Source: an uncultured delta proteobacterium (GTDB lineage: Bacteria > Desulfobacterota > Binatia > UBA9968). From it: a stretch of DNA of 64,000 nt. The notes under the pieces were generated by a model, which made no database searches, was not told the origin of the DNA, and saw only the letters and a list, made by a program, of their open reading frames with translations. Each line of letters starts with the position of its first letter. Within the stretch, counting starts at the first letter, position 1. The stretch covers positions 256,001 through 320,000 of the forward strand of contig CAVSHR010000009.1 of assembly GCA_963727625.1 (NCBI GenBank). Direction: 5' to 3'. Both the position numbers and the translations under genes were made by a program. This document shows, piece after piece, positions 1 through 9,604 of the stretch.

Positions 1-163
1 TTGCCAACTCAGGCTCCTGTTTGAAGCCGACGATGCTTTCGAGACGAGCGCGCACGGACCGCATCACCAGATCCCGATCCTGCTTGATCGGGGTGCGCGT
101 GGTCGCGCTCTCGCTCCAGGGGTAATCGACTTCTCTAAAAAACTTCCCGCGACGGTGAGCCAT
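1..163 (-). CDS. partial CDS running off the window edge, product unknown
   Basis: ATG at 163 (minus), open frame MAHRRGKFFREVDYPWSESATTRTPIKQDRDLVMRSVRARLESIVGFKQEPELA to the window start; divergent from the E1 operon. Confidence 0.45.
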   Translation of the reverse strand, partial: MAHRRGKFFREVDYPWSESATTRTPIKQDRDLVMRSVRARLESIVGFKQEPELA

Positions 164-282
164 CGTTGTTCAGCTTTTCTAGCGGTTGGTTTTCCTGGCA
201 TTTAGTCCTGCGTTTGGCACAATGTCAATCGGGGTTCTTGGCGTTGACAAGTCCCTCCGGTTTGAAATAAGTCACAAGTCAT

Positions 283-1302
283 ATGCTACCTCAACTACCA
301 CGCGAATCGTTGTCAGACCTGTGCCGGCGGATGTTCGTCATCCGCCACTTCGAAGAGAACTTGGTCCCGCTCCATGACAAAGGAGTGTTCGGCGGACACT
401 ATCACCTGTACGTCGGCCAAGAGGCCACCGGCGTGCCGGCGATCTCCTGCCTGCGCGCCGACGACTATCTCTTCACCACGCACAGAAACCACGGCCATCT
501 GCTCGCCCGCGGCGTCGAGCCGAAAAAGCTCTTTGCCGAAATTCTCGGCCGCGTCGACGGCTTGAATAAGGGCAAGGGCGGATCTTTTCACTCGGTAGCC
601 CCCTCGCTGGGCTTTCTCCACAGCTCCGGCGTGGTCGCCGGCATTATTCCGCTCTCGACCGGGACTGCGTACGCGGCGAAGGCGCAGAACAACGGCCGCA
701 TAACCGTCTGCTTTTTCGGCGACGGCTCGATCGAAGAAGGTGCCGCGCCGGAAGCGTTCAATCTCGCTTCGCTATACAAATTGCCGGTGCTCTTTCTTTG
801 CGAAAACAACGGAAAATACGGCTCCGGCCGCGCGGTGGCGGCGGCGCAATCGTCGTCAATGGCGGCCTATCCGCTGACCGATCTGCCAAAGGCCTATAAA
901 ATACCCGCCCAGCAGATCGACGGTATGGATGCCGGCTTGGTGCACGCGACCGTTTCCGAAGCGGTGCAGAAAATCCGCGCCGGCGAGGGACCGCAATTTA
1001 TCGAAGCGCAAACCGTTCGTTACCCGGGCAGCGAGACCAACTGGCCCGTGGTGCCACAACCGACGAATACGGCGCTCGCCTGGGACGTGAGCAGCGTGCC
1101 GGAAAAAGCCCGCGAGTGGTACCGCTCCTGTGATCCGCTGCTGATTTACATTCGCGAGCTGGTCGAAGCCGATCAAGCATCGAAAGATGAAATCGCCGGC
1201 ATCGAGCGCCAGGTCAAAGCCGAGATCGCGGCCGCGGTCGACTTCGCGGTCGCCAGCCCCCATCCCAAACCGGAAGAAGCGGAGAAAGATTTTTTCGCCT
1301 GA
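283..1302 (+). CDS. TPP-dependent 2-oxoacid/acetoin dehydrogenase E1 alpha subunit (atypical)
   Basis: HLYVGQEA, THRNHGH, KGKGGSFH, TPP motif GDG...ENN; the usual R-x-x-GH loop reads RYPGS. Confidence 0.9.
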   Translation: MLPQLPRESLSDLCRRMFVIRHFEENLVPLHDKGVFGGHYHLYVGQEATGVPAISCLRADDYLFTTHRNHGHLLARGVEPKKLFAEILGRVDGLNKGKGGSFHSVAPSLGFLHSSGVVAGIIPLSTGTAYAAKAQNNGRITVCFFGDGSIEEGAAPEAFNLASLYKLPVLFLCENNGKYGSGRAVAAAQSSSMAAYPLTDLPKAYKIPAQQIDGMDAGLVHATVSEAVQKIRAGEGPQFIEAQTVRYPGSETNWPVVPQPTNTALAWDVSSVPEKAREWYRSCDPLLIYIRELVEADQASKDEIAGIERQVKAEIAAAVDFAVASPHPKPEEAEKDFFA

Positions 1303-1311
1303 GAATTGACT

Positions 1312-2283
1312 ATGAGAGAACTTGCCTACTACGAAGCCAAATTCGAAGCGTTGGAAGAACTCATGGCGGCCGATCAGCGCGTCCATCTGATCAACGGGAC
1401 GTTTTTGAGTTTGAGTCCGCACCGCCACGTCTTTCAAAACCTCAAGAGCAAATACGGCGAGCGCATGATCTCGCCGCCGATCTCCGAGCTTGGCTTCTGC
1501 GGCCTCGCCACCGGCGCGGCAATGGCCGGGCTGAGACCTATTGTTGATCTGAGCACTGGCAGTTTTATTTATGAAGCCTGGCCGCAGGTCGCCAATGAAG
1601 CGGCCAATGCTTTCTCCATGTCAGGCGGTCAGACCCGCGTGCCGGTGGTGTTTCATCTGTTTCACGGCCTGCGCGGCGGCGGTGCGGCGCAGCACTCCGG
1701 CAGCCCCCAGGCGATGCTGTGGAATGTTCCCGGATTGGAGATCGCGATTCCGTCTTCGCCGCGCGATGTGAAAGGCTTGCTCAAGACCGCCGTCGCCTCA
1801 GATAACCCGACGATCTTCGTCGATCATACCCGGTTGCTCGATATTCGCGGTGAAGTGCCGGAGAACGACAAACCGATTCCCTTCGGCGTCGCGGATACCA
1901 AACGCCAAGGCAGCGACGTCACGTTGATCGCGACTTCCTACACCGTCCAGGTCGCGCTTCAAGCCGCGGCGAAGCTCGCCAAAGAAAACATTGAAGTCGA
2001 AGTGGTCGACCCGCGAACTTTGGTGCCCTTTGATCTGGCTACGATACTTTCATCGGTTGAAAAAACCCATCGGGTCGTCATCGCCGACGAAACCCATCAG
2101 AGCTGCGGCGTCGCGGCGGAAATCGCCGCGCGCATCGCCGAGACCGGTTTCGATAAACTCAAAACTCGCATTCGCCGTGTCTCCACGCTCGACGTGCCCG
2201 TGCCCTATAGCCCGCCGCTGGAAGCGCATATCGGCCCGTCCGAGTCGCGCATCATGGACGCGGTCAGGGCGGCAGTGGCGTAA
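1312..2283 (+). CDS. TPP-dependent dehydrogenase E1 beta subunit
   Basis: PPISELGF, GLRP, AAQHS, DPRTLVP transketolase C-terminal motifs; directly follows E1 alpha. Confidence 0.9.
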   Translation: MRELAYYEAKFEALEELMAADQRVHLINGTFLSLSPHRHVFQNLKSKYGERMISPPISELGFCGLATGAAMAGLRPIVDLSTGSFIYEAWPQVANEAANAFSMSGGQTRVPVVFHLFHGLRGGGAAQHSGSPQAMLWNVPGLEIAIPSSPRDVKGLLKTAVASDNPTIFVDHTRLLDIRGEVPENDKPIPFGVADTKRQGSDVTLIATSYTVQVALQAAAKLAKENIEVEVVDPRTLVPFDLATILSSVEKTHRVVIADETHQSCGVAAEIAARIAETGFDKLKTRIRRVSTLDVPVPYSPPLEAHIGPSESRIMDAVRAAVA

Positions 2284-2358
2284 AGTTGGTTCGAGTTCAG
2301 GGTCTTGAGTTTCGTGTTTATCTGAGGAGATAAGGCTCTTTGCAGCGCCGTCCTCGGT

Positions 2359-2385
2359 TGTCATTTCGAGCAAAGCGAAAAATCC
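2359..2385 (+). repeat. REP-like intergenic element
   Basis: TGTCATTTCGAGCAAAGCGAAAAATCC; related element at 3449-3475; resembles GTCATNNNGAGCGAAGCGANNNATC-type extragenic repeats. Confidence 0.45.
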
Positions 2386-2459
2386 TGCTTTCCGAGCGGA
2401 TGTTAGCGATTCAATGAACCATTGCTGACTATCGCATCCGCCGTTTTTAGGTTGGGCGC

Positions 2460-3425
2460 ATGATGGCCAAAAAACAATCTGTGGACTCAATCGGTCTAAT
2501 GCGCCGCATGTGGTTGATTCGCGCCTTTGAGGAAAAGCTCTCCGCGCTTTACGCCGAGCGCCAGGTCGTCGGCCTGCTTCATCTCGGCATCGGCCAGGAG
2601 GCCGTCGCCGTCGGCGCTTGCAGTCTCTTACGCACCGACGACCTGGTATATGGCGGCCACCGTTCCCACGGCCACGCCATCGCCAAGGGCGCGGATATCA
2701 ACCGGCTGATGGCGGAAATCGCCGGGCGCGCCACCGGATACTGCGGCGGCAAGGGCGGGTCCATGCATATCGTCGCCAAAGAATGCGGCTTCGTCACCGC
2801 TACCGGCGTGGTCGGCGGAACCATTCCCCTCGCACTCGGCGCCGCCTTCGCCGCCAAGGAAAGAAAAAAAGGCCAGGTCGCCGTAGTCTTTTTCGGCGAC
2901 GGGGCGGGCCAAGCCGGGCCGTTTCACGAGTCTCTCAACATCGCCAGTCTCTGGCGATTGCCGGTCATCTTCGTCTGTGAGAACAACGGCTACGCCGAGT
3001 TCACGCCGCTATCGGCGCATACCAAAATCGAGCGGCTGGCGCGGCATGCCAAGACCTATGGGATCCCGGCCAGCACCGTCGACGGCAACGATCTGTTCGC
3101 CGTGCGGGCCGCGATGACTCGAGCCGTCGAAAAATGCCGCGCCGGTAAAGGACCGGTCTTCGTCGAGTGCTTGACTCACCGCATGCGTGGCCATTACGAG
3201 GGCGACCCGGCAAAATACCGCCAGCTCTCTCAGCTCGCCGAGTGGAAAAAGAAAGATCCCATCGCCCGTGTTGCACGGGCATTGAAGAGTAAAAAGCAGA
3301 TTACCGACAAAGAGCTCGGAGCGATCGAGCGCCAAGCCCGAGAACGGATCGAGCGAGCCGCGGAATTTTCCCTTTCTTCGCCGTGGCCGGCGGCGGAACA
3401 GGTCGACAGCCAAGTGACCGCATGA
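2460..3425 (+). CDS. TPP-dependent dehydrogenase E1 alpha subunit (AcoA/PdhA-like)
   Basis: HLGIGQEA, HRSHGH, GKGGSMH, GDG...ENN, RMRGHYEGD. Confidence 0.92.
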   Translation: MMAKKQSVDSIGLMRRMWLIRAFEEKLSALYAERQVVGLLHLGIGQEAVAVGACSLLRTDDLVYGGHRSHGHAIAKGADINRLMAEIAGRATGYCGGKGGSMHIVAKECGFVTATGVVGGTIPLALGAAFAAKERKKGQVAVVFFGDGAGQAGPFHESLNIASLWRLPVIFVCENNGYAEFTPLSAHTKIERLARHAKTYGIPASTVDGNDLFAVRAAMTRAVEKCRAGKGPVFVECLTHRMRGHYEGDPAKYRQLSQLAEWKKKDPIARVARALKSKKQITDKELGAIERQARERIERAAEFSLSSPWPAAEQVDSQVTA

Positions 3426-3448
3426 AGTAGAAAATATTTGCTCGCGCC

Positions 3449-3475
3449 GCCACCCTGAGCGACAGCGAAGGGTCT
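3449..3475 (+). repeat. REP-like intergenic element
   Basis: GCCACCCTGAGCGACAGCGAAGGGTCT, same architecture as 2359-2385. Confidence 0.45.
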
Positions 3476-3534
3476 CGTCGGATCGCAGATCGGCGGCGCA
3501 TTACACTGACAAATTATTGCAGATCAGAGCAACG

Positions 3535-4512
3535 ATGCCAGCACAGACTTACCTAGATGCAATCCGAGCCGGTCTCGCCGAAGAAATGCAGCGCGATTCT
3601 TCGATCTACGTCTTCGGCGAAGACGTCGCGCTCGGCGGTCCCTTCGGCGTCACCAAAGGACTCGTTGAAGAATTCGGTGTCAATCGAATCGTGAACACGC
3701 CGATCAGCGAAGGCACGGTCATGGGCCTTGCCATCGGCGCGGCGACTGCGGGGCTCCGGCCGGTGGTCGAGATTATGTTCATCGACTTCATCACACTGGC
3801 CATGGATCAGTTAATCAACCACGCCGCGAAGCTCCATTACATGTCCGGCGGGCAGCTAAAAATTCCGTTGACCGTCCGCGTGCAATGCGGCATCAGCGGC
3901 ACCATGGGCGCGCACCACTCGCAGAGCCTGGAAGCTTGGTTCGCGCATGTTCCCGGTTTGAAAATTGTCATGCCGGCCAATCCCGCCGACGCCAAGGGAC
4001 TACTCAAAGCCGCGATCCGCGACGACAACCCGGTGATCTTTGTCGAGCATCGCGGCCTCTACTGGACGAGGGGTGAAGTTTCCGACGGTGAGACCATCGT
4101 TCCAATCGGCAAAGCATCCGTTTTGCGCCAGGGCGAGCACATCACCATCGTCGCACTTTCGAGCATGGTCGTTCCGGCCTTAACCGCGGCTCGAGAATTA
4201 AATGCAGAAGGAATTTCTGCGGAAGTCATCGATCCGCGCAGCGTATCGCCTTTAGATGTCGCAACGATCGTCGAATCGGTGAAAAAAACCAGCCGGCTGA
4301 TCATCGCCCACGAGGCCGTCGAGCAAGGCGGCATCGGCGCGGAAATTGTAGCTCGCATTCAACAGGAAGCATTTTATCATCTCGATAGCCCGATCATCCG
4401 CGTCGCCGCGCCTTTTGCACCGATCCCTGCCAGCCCAACTTTAGAGGCACGATTTTTACCCGGCAAAGAACGGATCATCGACGCGGTGCGCCAATTAGTC
4501 GGTAGGATTTAG
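3535..4512 (+). CDS. TPP-dependent dehydrogenase E1 beta subunit (AcoB/PdhB-like)
   Basis: GEDV, NTPISE, GLRPVVEIMFIDF, AHHSQS. Confidence 0.92.
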   Translation: MPAQTYLDAIRAGLAEEMQRDSSIYVFGEDVALGGPFGVTKGLVEEFGVNRIVNTPISEGTVMGLAIGAATAGLRPVVEIMFIDFITLAMDQLINHAAKLHYMSGGQLKIPLTVRVQCGISGTMGAHHSQSLEAWFAHVPGLKIVMPANPADAKGLLKAAIRDDNPVIFVEHRGLYWTRGEVSDGETIVPIGKASVLRQGEHITIVALSSMVVPALTAARELNAEGISAEVIDPRSVSPLDVATIVESVKKTSRLIIAHEAVEQGGIGAEIVARIQQEAFYHLDSPIIRVAAPFAPIPASPTLEARFLPGKERIIDAVRQLVGRI

Positions 4513-4566
4513 TTTGCACGGAGCACACGGCGGCCAAACGCCGCGTTTGTCGCTAGGAGGCAGACT

Positions 4567-4766
4567 TTGATCCGGATCGATTCCGATACCCACTTCACGC
4601 CGTTGGATGCTTTTGCCGATCTCGATCCCAAATATTCCGAACAAGGGCCGGGCGTTATTGCTTTGCCGAAATGTTCCAGGCCGGGGAAGGCTTGACCACC
4701 GCGGACATTGACAATTTACTAGGCAACACCGCTGCCGATTTTTTTGGCTTGCGGCACACTATGTAA
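4567..4766 (+). pseudogene. internally deleted amidohydrolase-family remnant
   Basis: AGGAGG RBS then TTG MIRIDSDTHFTP (N-terminal IDxDxH metal motif), joined out of frame to a typical C-terminus LTTADIDNLLGNTAADFFGL. Confidence 0.6.
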
Positions 4767-5050
4767 CTTAATTTTAGTTGATCCCACGAAATTGACAGCC
4801 CCGACAATTTCAATGACAGTTTCAATCGGCGCCAAAAGACGGGTGAGCGCAGATATTTGCGCGCATTCGCTAAACCGCTTCCAATCCATAACCACTTCCA
4901 CCGACACCAGCGCGCCGCAAAGTCTCGCTTTATGCCGCTCACCGCCAGCCCTGACACGCGCATGACATGAGCTGTCTGGCAAAACCGCGCCGGTGGCGGC
5001 TCGCGTCCGGCAAAAAGCACAAAAATCGATTATAAAGCTGCCCGATAATC

Positions 5051-5066
5051 TGGCACGGCACTTGCT
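5051..5066 (+). promoter_or_regulatory. sigma54 (-24/-12) promoter
   Basis: TGGCACGGCACTTGCT matches TGGCAC-N5-TTGC; GGAGG RBS and ORF follow. Confidence 0.8.
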
Positions 5067-5104
5067 TAGCCTCTCTATCAGTTAAGAAAGGTGGAGGTCA
5101 AACC

Positions 5105-5314
5105 ATGCAGGAAAATTCCCGCCGCGATTCAAAAATGATTTCTTTAGATCAGACTGAATTGCACGCGGCAAAATGTGAAAAGTGCGGCGCAAAAATTTAT
5201 CCTCAATCCCTTCTAGAGCCGCATCTGACGCGCCATCGCCGCCGCAAGCGGTGGTTAAATGGCGAGTTGAAAAAGCTGCAATTCACCTTCTCTCATATGC
5301 GCGATTTCGCTTAA
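5105..5314 (+). CDS. small protein with C2H2 zinc-finger-like motif
   Basis: CEKC-x12-H-x3-H followed by basic RRRKR; RBS and sigma54 promoter upstream. Confidence 0.7.
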   Translation: MQENSRRDSKMISLDQTELHAAKCEKCGAKIYPQSLLEPHLTRHRRRKRWLNGELKKLQFTFSHMRDFA

Positions 5315-5437
5315 GCTGTGCTGCGAACTTCCCCGGTTGGGGAAGCTCTCCCTGACGAGCCCGTGTGCGCCCCCACGTGCGCGGGCTCGTCCCCTCCACT
5401 CAATTAGCCCGTTATATTTTCTCCGATCTTGGCCGCA

Positions 5438-6415
5438 TCATATGGGCAAACTCGTCAGTATACCGTCCGCCATGTTGTATGCCGCCGCCGAGAGCAACTG
5501 TCCCATGGTCAGAATTCCTAAGTAGCTTTGCAAACGGGAATGCGCTTCACGGCCTGCCGGACGAGGTGCGGTTGTGGATGAGGCGTTTTCCTCATGGTAA
5601 GCGTACCCGGACAAGAAGCTGAAGGATTCCATGCGCTCGCGCACTTTGGCGATCGATCCTTGATCCCAAGCGATATCGAAGCGGCTTTTTTTAGGGGACT
5701 TAAAAACGATGCTCGCACAATCTTCCAAATAGCGTGGTTCGGCTTTGACACCGATGAAAGAGCAAAGCTCCTCAAGATAAGGCTTGGGGTCGTCGATGAA
5801 CGACTCCAATCGTACATCGTAAATTTGTGTCGGCTGGATTTGCTTCTTTAGCCGCTCGATGCTCGAGCAGAGTTGAAAAAACACCTCGATGTGCGTATCC
5901 AATGTCTTGCGCGGACCGCGACGGGCCATCGTAGCAAGCGCGTCGTAAGGGTTTCGAATCACGTGGACAAACTTCAACTCATTGGCGATCTTATCTTTCA
6001 CGAGCTCGACTAACCCGGGATCAAGATAGAACCGCATCGCTGAGGTCGCACCCTTTTTGTCGCCTAAAACCTGCAGTTGTTCGAATCTCCCTTGCCACTG
6101 ATTGGGAACTTCGTAGGAGTAGCCGCTGTGGCTCCGGCCCGTAGCAGCCATTTTCCTGGAATTCTCCAACAGCAGGTGAAACACTTGCTGCCGGCTAAAC
6201 CCCCGCTGAAATAATTTTAGCGCGTCCAATTCATGGGCAACGACGATCCTCGGGTGGGCATCGAGCAAAGATCCGATGAGACTGTGCCCGGTTCTCGGAT
6301 AGCCGACAAACATACAATAGGTTTGAATGCCGCGGAAGGATTCGGCATTGCGCCTGTTTTGCAGCAACGAAGTTGCGTACAAACCCACCAGCTTGAGTCT
6401 TTTTCTAAGTGACAT
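5438..6415 (-). CDS. sulfotransferase family protein
   Basis: PAPS-binding loop GYPRTGHSLIGSLLDAHP, HVIRNPYD, RLESFIDDP. Confidence 0.85.
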   Translation of the reverse strand: MSLRKRLKLVGLYATSLLQNRRNAESFRGIQTYCMFVGYPRTGHSLIGSLLDAHPRIVVAHELDALKLFQRGFSRQQVFHLLLENSRKMAATGRSHSGYSYEVPNQWQGRFEQLQVLGDKKGATSAMRFYLDPGLVELVKDKIANELKFVHVIRNPYDALATMARRGPRKTLDTHIEVFFQLCSSIERLKKQIQPTQIYDVRLESFIDDPKPYLEELCSFIGVKAEPRYLEDCASIVFKSPKKSRFDIAWDQGSIAKVRERMESFSFLSGYAYHEENASSTTAPRPAGREAHSRLQSYLGILTMGQLLSAAAYNMADGILTSLPI

Positions 6416-6520
6416 GAACCTTAAATTTCTCCTTTCCTCATGCAGCGCGTTTTCTAGAAGTCAGGGTAGGCTGACCCGCGCAAAAGCCGAAGCATGATTG
6501 CTGCAAGCCGTGTTCGGTGA

Positions 6521-6961
6521 CTATTCGAAGAAAGCTCCCTCGATCAACACGGGTTTGGCCGCGCCCTGCTCATGGGTCCGTCCGGGAATCGCCGTGCCAT
6601 CGGGATTGAGCCGCTGATCCGCCATATCCGAACCCGCGCCGATGCGCGCCATCACCAGTGGATCGCTACCCGAGTTACAAAACTGATAGTAGCTGCCCGC
6701 CGGTAACACGATCGCCTGATGCTTCCCCGCGTTGAGCACCGCCTTGCCGTCCCGGCCGGTGTTGAATTGTGCCGTGCCCTGCAAGACCAAAAAAATGTGA
6801 TCTTCCTGGGTATGTGCGTGCAATGCATTTTCACCGATGCCGGGTGCATAGCAATGGATGCGCAACGTCATCAGATCGGTTTCGGCGAGCATAGACCTGG
6901 TATGCCCCTCTTTGACCAGTTGGGTTTTGAGCTGCACGACCTTCGCTTGCTTTTCTTCCAT
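6521..6961 (-). CDS. cupin domain protein
   Basis: LHAHTQEDHIFLVLQG cupin motif; start reassigned to MEEKQ (GGAG RBS). Confidence 0.8.
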   Translation of the reverse strand: MEEKQAKVVQLKTQLVKEGHTRSMLAETDLMTLRIHCYAPGIGENALHAHTQEDHIFLVLQGTAQFNTGRDGKAVLNAGKHQAIVLPAGSYYQFCNSGSDPLVMARIGAGSDMADQRLNPDGTAIPGRTHEQGAAKPVLIEGAFFE

Positions 6962-7144
6962 AGGAACTCCCAAGGCACCGAAATTTATTGTGCGAGCCGA
7001 TTTTAGGTCAGTCGTCGGGTCGAATGCAAACGCGCCGATCGGCTCACCAGGTTCGACTCGCCATAGGGATGACCGTTGCAATTCCCGGCGCGCTCGGCAT
7101 AGTTAAAAGCTCCGACCGATCGAGCTCAACCTTGACGCCGCTGT

Positions 7145-7420
7145 TTGCTGAAATTATCGCCATCTGTTCAGCCATGGGCTGGGCGACGGATTTTTCGCCT
7201 TTTTTGCGCCGCTCTGGTCGCCGCATCGGCGCAAGTGGCGAACTTCATCGCGCTGGGTCGAGGGCAGCTGTCGGTCATCATTCCGCTGCTCAATACCACT
7301 CCCCTTTTCACCGTGTCCTTCAGTGCGGTCTTTTTACGCAACGTCGAAACGGTGAACTTGCGTATCGTTCTCGGCGCGGCCTTGATGGTCGTCGGCGTCG
7401 TGCTGATCACGTCTCGCTGA
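7145..7420 (+). pseudogene. EamA/DMT transporter C-terminal fragment
   Basis: ANFIALGRGQLSVIIPLLNTTPLFTV...FLRNVETVNLRIVLGAAL; no N-terminal half. Confidence 0.7.
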
Positions 7421-7693
7421 GCAACCACCGGTCGACTCTCTGCGCCGTACTCCGACTTTTTCCGAATGCTCTTGTTCCGGGGCGTACGGGGAGCTAAATT
7501 GCCATAGAATTATCTTCTAAACAGACTTGACTTAAGTTTTTAAAGTGATTAACCAAGGCTGAGAATTCAAATCCCTCGATTGTCTCATAACTCAAACCTG
7601 CTGTTTTATCAGTTGTGCGCCAGGGATCGGGGAGCCCAATGAACTGTTTCAGCGGCAGCCTCAGCTGCAAGAAAACTAACGCGAGGTAAAGAC

Positions 7694-9076
7694 ATGGCAA
7701 CCCAATTGAGTGCTGCGATTGCAGAGATGAAGGGCGCGATCAAAGGCCGGGTACTGACTCCTGACGATCCTAATTACGAAGAAGCGCGCCAAATCTGGAA
7801 TGCCATGATCGATCGCCGGCCGGCGGTGATCGTGCAGTGCGCTGAGGCTGGCGACGTTCCACCCGTCATTGCATTTGCGCGGCGGAACAAACTGGAACTT
7901 TCGATTCGCGGCGCCGGACATAATATCGCCGGAAATGCCGTTTGCGACGGCGGCGTGACGATCGATTTTTCAAACATGAAGAACGTCCGTGTGGATGCCG
8001 GAAAAAGGCGCGCCACCGTTGATCCGGGCGCTACGCTCGCTGATCTGGACGCCGCAACGCAACGCAATGGCCTGGCGACGCCGGTCGGCATCAACTCGAC
8101 GACCGGTGTCGCCGGCTTAACTCTCGGCGGCGGCTTCGGTTGGCTGACACGCAAGTACGGCTTGACGATCGACAATCTCGTCGCGGCGGACGTGGTCACC
8201 CCAGACGGTAAGAAACTACGAGCCAGTGAAAGCGATAACCCGGATCTGTTCTGGGCGATTCGCGGTGGAGGCGGTAATTTCGGTGTCGTCACCCAGTTCG
8301 AATTCACGCTTCATCCGGTGGGTCCGGAAATACTCGCGGGCTTGATCGTCTTTCCCTTTGCGCAAGCGAAGCAGATTCTTGCCCGCTATCGCCAATTTAC
8401 GGACACCTCGCCGGAGGACCTCAATGTCTGGGTCGTGTTGCGCAAGGCTCCGCCGCTGCCCTTTCTCCCTGAAAGCGTGCACGGAAAAGAGGTCGTCGTT
8501 CTGCCGATGTTTTACGCAGGCAACGTTGCGGAAGGCCAGAAGCTGATCGACGAAATTCGTGCCTTCGGCGATCCTCACGGCGAGCATATCGGTGCTCAGC
8601 CCTACGTCGAGTGGCAGAAGGCGTTTGACCCGTTGCTGACGCCGGGCTCGAGAAACTATTGGAAGTCCCATAATTTCACGGAGCTTACCGACGGCGCGCT
8701 GAATTCAATTATCGAATTCGCCGGCAAACTGCCCTCACCCCAGTGCGAGATTTTCATCGGCCATATCGCCGGTGCCGCCAATCGGGTGGCGCCCGACGCG
8801 ATGGCTTATAGACATAGGGACGCGAAGTTTGTCCTAAACGTTCATGCGCGATGGGACGAAACCAAGGATGATCCGGGGTGTATCGCGTGGGCGCGCGAGT
8901 TCTTTAAAGCTAGCGCACCCTACGCCTCCGCCGGCGCTTACGTAAACTTCATGACCGCGGAGGAAGGCGACCGGATCGCTGCCGCCTATGGATCCAATTA
9001 TAGTCGGCTGGTGGCAATCAAAAAGCGCTACGATCCGGAGAATGTCTTTCATCTTAATCAGAATGTTAAACCTTAG
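7694..9076 (+). CDS. FAD-linked oxidoreductase (BBE / 6-hydroxy-D-nicotine oxidase-like)
   Basis: RGAGHN covalent-FAD motif, GLTLGGGFG, RGGGGNFGVVT, C-terminal YVNF...KKRYDPENVF. Confidence 0.92.
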   Translation: MATQLSAAIAEMKGAIKGRVLTPDDPNYEEARQIWNAMIDRRPAVIVQCAEAGDVPPVIAFARRNKLELSIRGAGHNIAGNAVCDGGVTIDFSNMKNVRVDAGKRRATVDPGATLADLDAATQRNGLATPVGINSTTGVAGLTLGGGFGWLTRKYGLTIDNLVAADVVTPDGKKLRASESDNPDLFWAIRGGGGNFGVVTQFEFTLHPVGPEILAGLIVFPFAQAKQILARYRQFTDTSPEDLNVWVVLRKAPPLPFLPESVHGKEVVVLPMFYAGNVAEGQKLIDEIRAFGDPHGEHIGAQPYVEWQKAFDPLLTPGSRNYWKSHNFTELTDGALNSIIEFAGKLPSPQCEIFIGHIAGAANRVAPDAMAYRHRDAKFVLNVHARWDETKDDPGCIAWAREFFKASAPYASAGAYVNFMTAEEGDRIAAAYGSNYSRLVAIKKRYDPENVFHLNQNVKP

Positions 9077-9432
9077 ATGACCGCGGCATTGCTTTTGGTT
9101 CTCGCCCTCATCGCCATTGCTGCCAATTCGGTCGATGCCCGGCTCGCGCAACTCGAGCCGGGCATCGACCCTCCACTTGCACTTGCGCGCGGTTAGTTAC
9201 CGGCACACCGAAGCCATGGCTTATTGCCCGCTACCGACGAGCTGATGCCGGGGTAGCATTTCAGAGCAACCGGACTTCCGCGGCCATGCTCTTGCGGTGG
9301 CAATCCAGAATTTCAATTTTTCCATGTCGGGCCGCGGGCAGCTATCGGTCATCTTTCGGCTGCTTAACACTACGCCCTTATTGACAGGGTTTATCAGTAC
9401 GATGTTTATGCGCATCGTCGTAACCGTGACCG
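9077..9432 (+). pseudogene. two degraded DMT/EamA remnants
   Basis: 9077-9196 MTAALLLVLALIAIAANSVDARLAQLEPGIDP resembles the start of the DMT at 16479; ~9300-9432 GRGQLSVIFRLLNTTPLL resembles the 7145-7420 fragment. Confidence 0.6.
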
Positions 9433-9604
9433 CTTCGTCTTTGGAACGGTCTTAAAATGCTGGCCGGAGTCATCCTAATAACCGGTCGTTGAGCGAGAGT
9501 CATCGTTAAATTGTCCACACGCATGGCCTCCGGGCCTTGACATAGGCCGGGCGCGTTCGGATAGTCTAGACGTAAATGCTTTTCGGCCGTCGTTCGGCAA
9601 CGCT

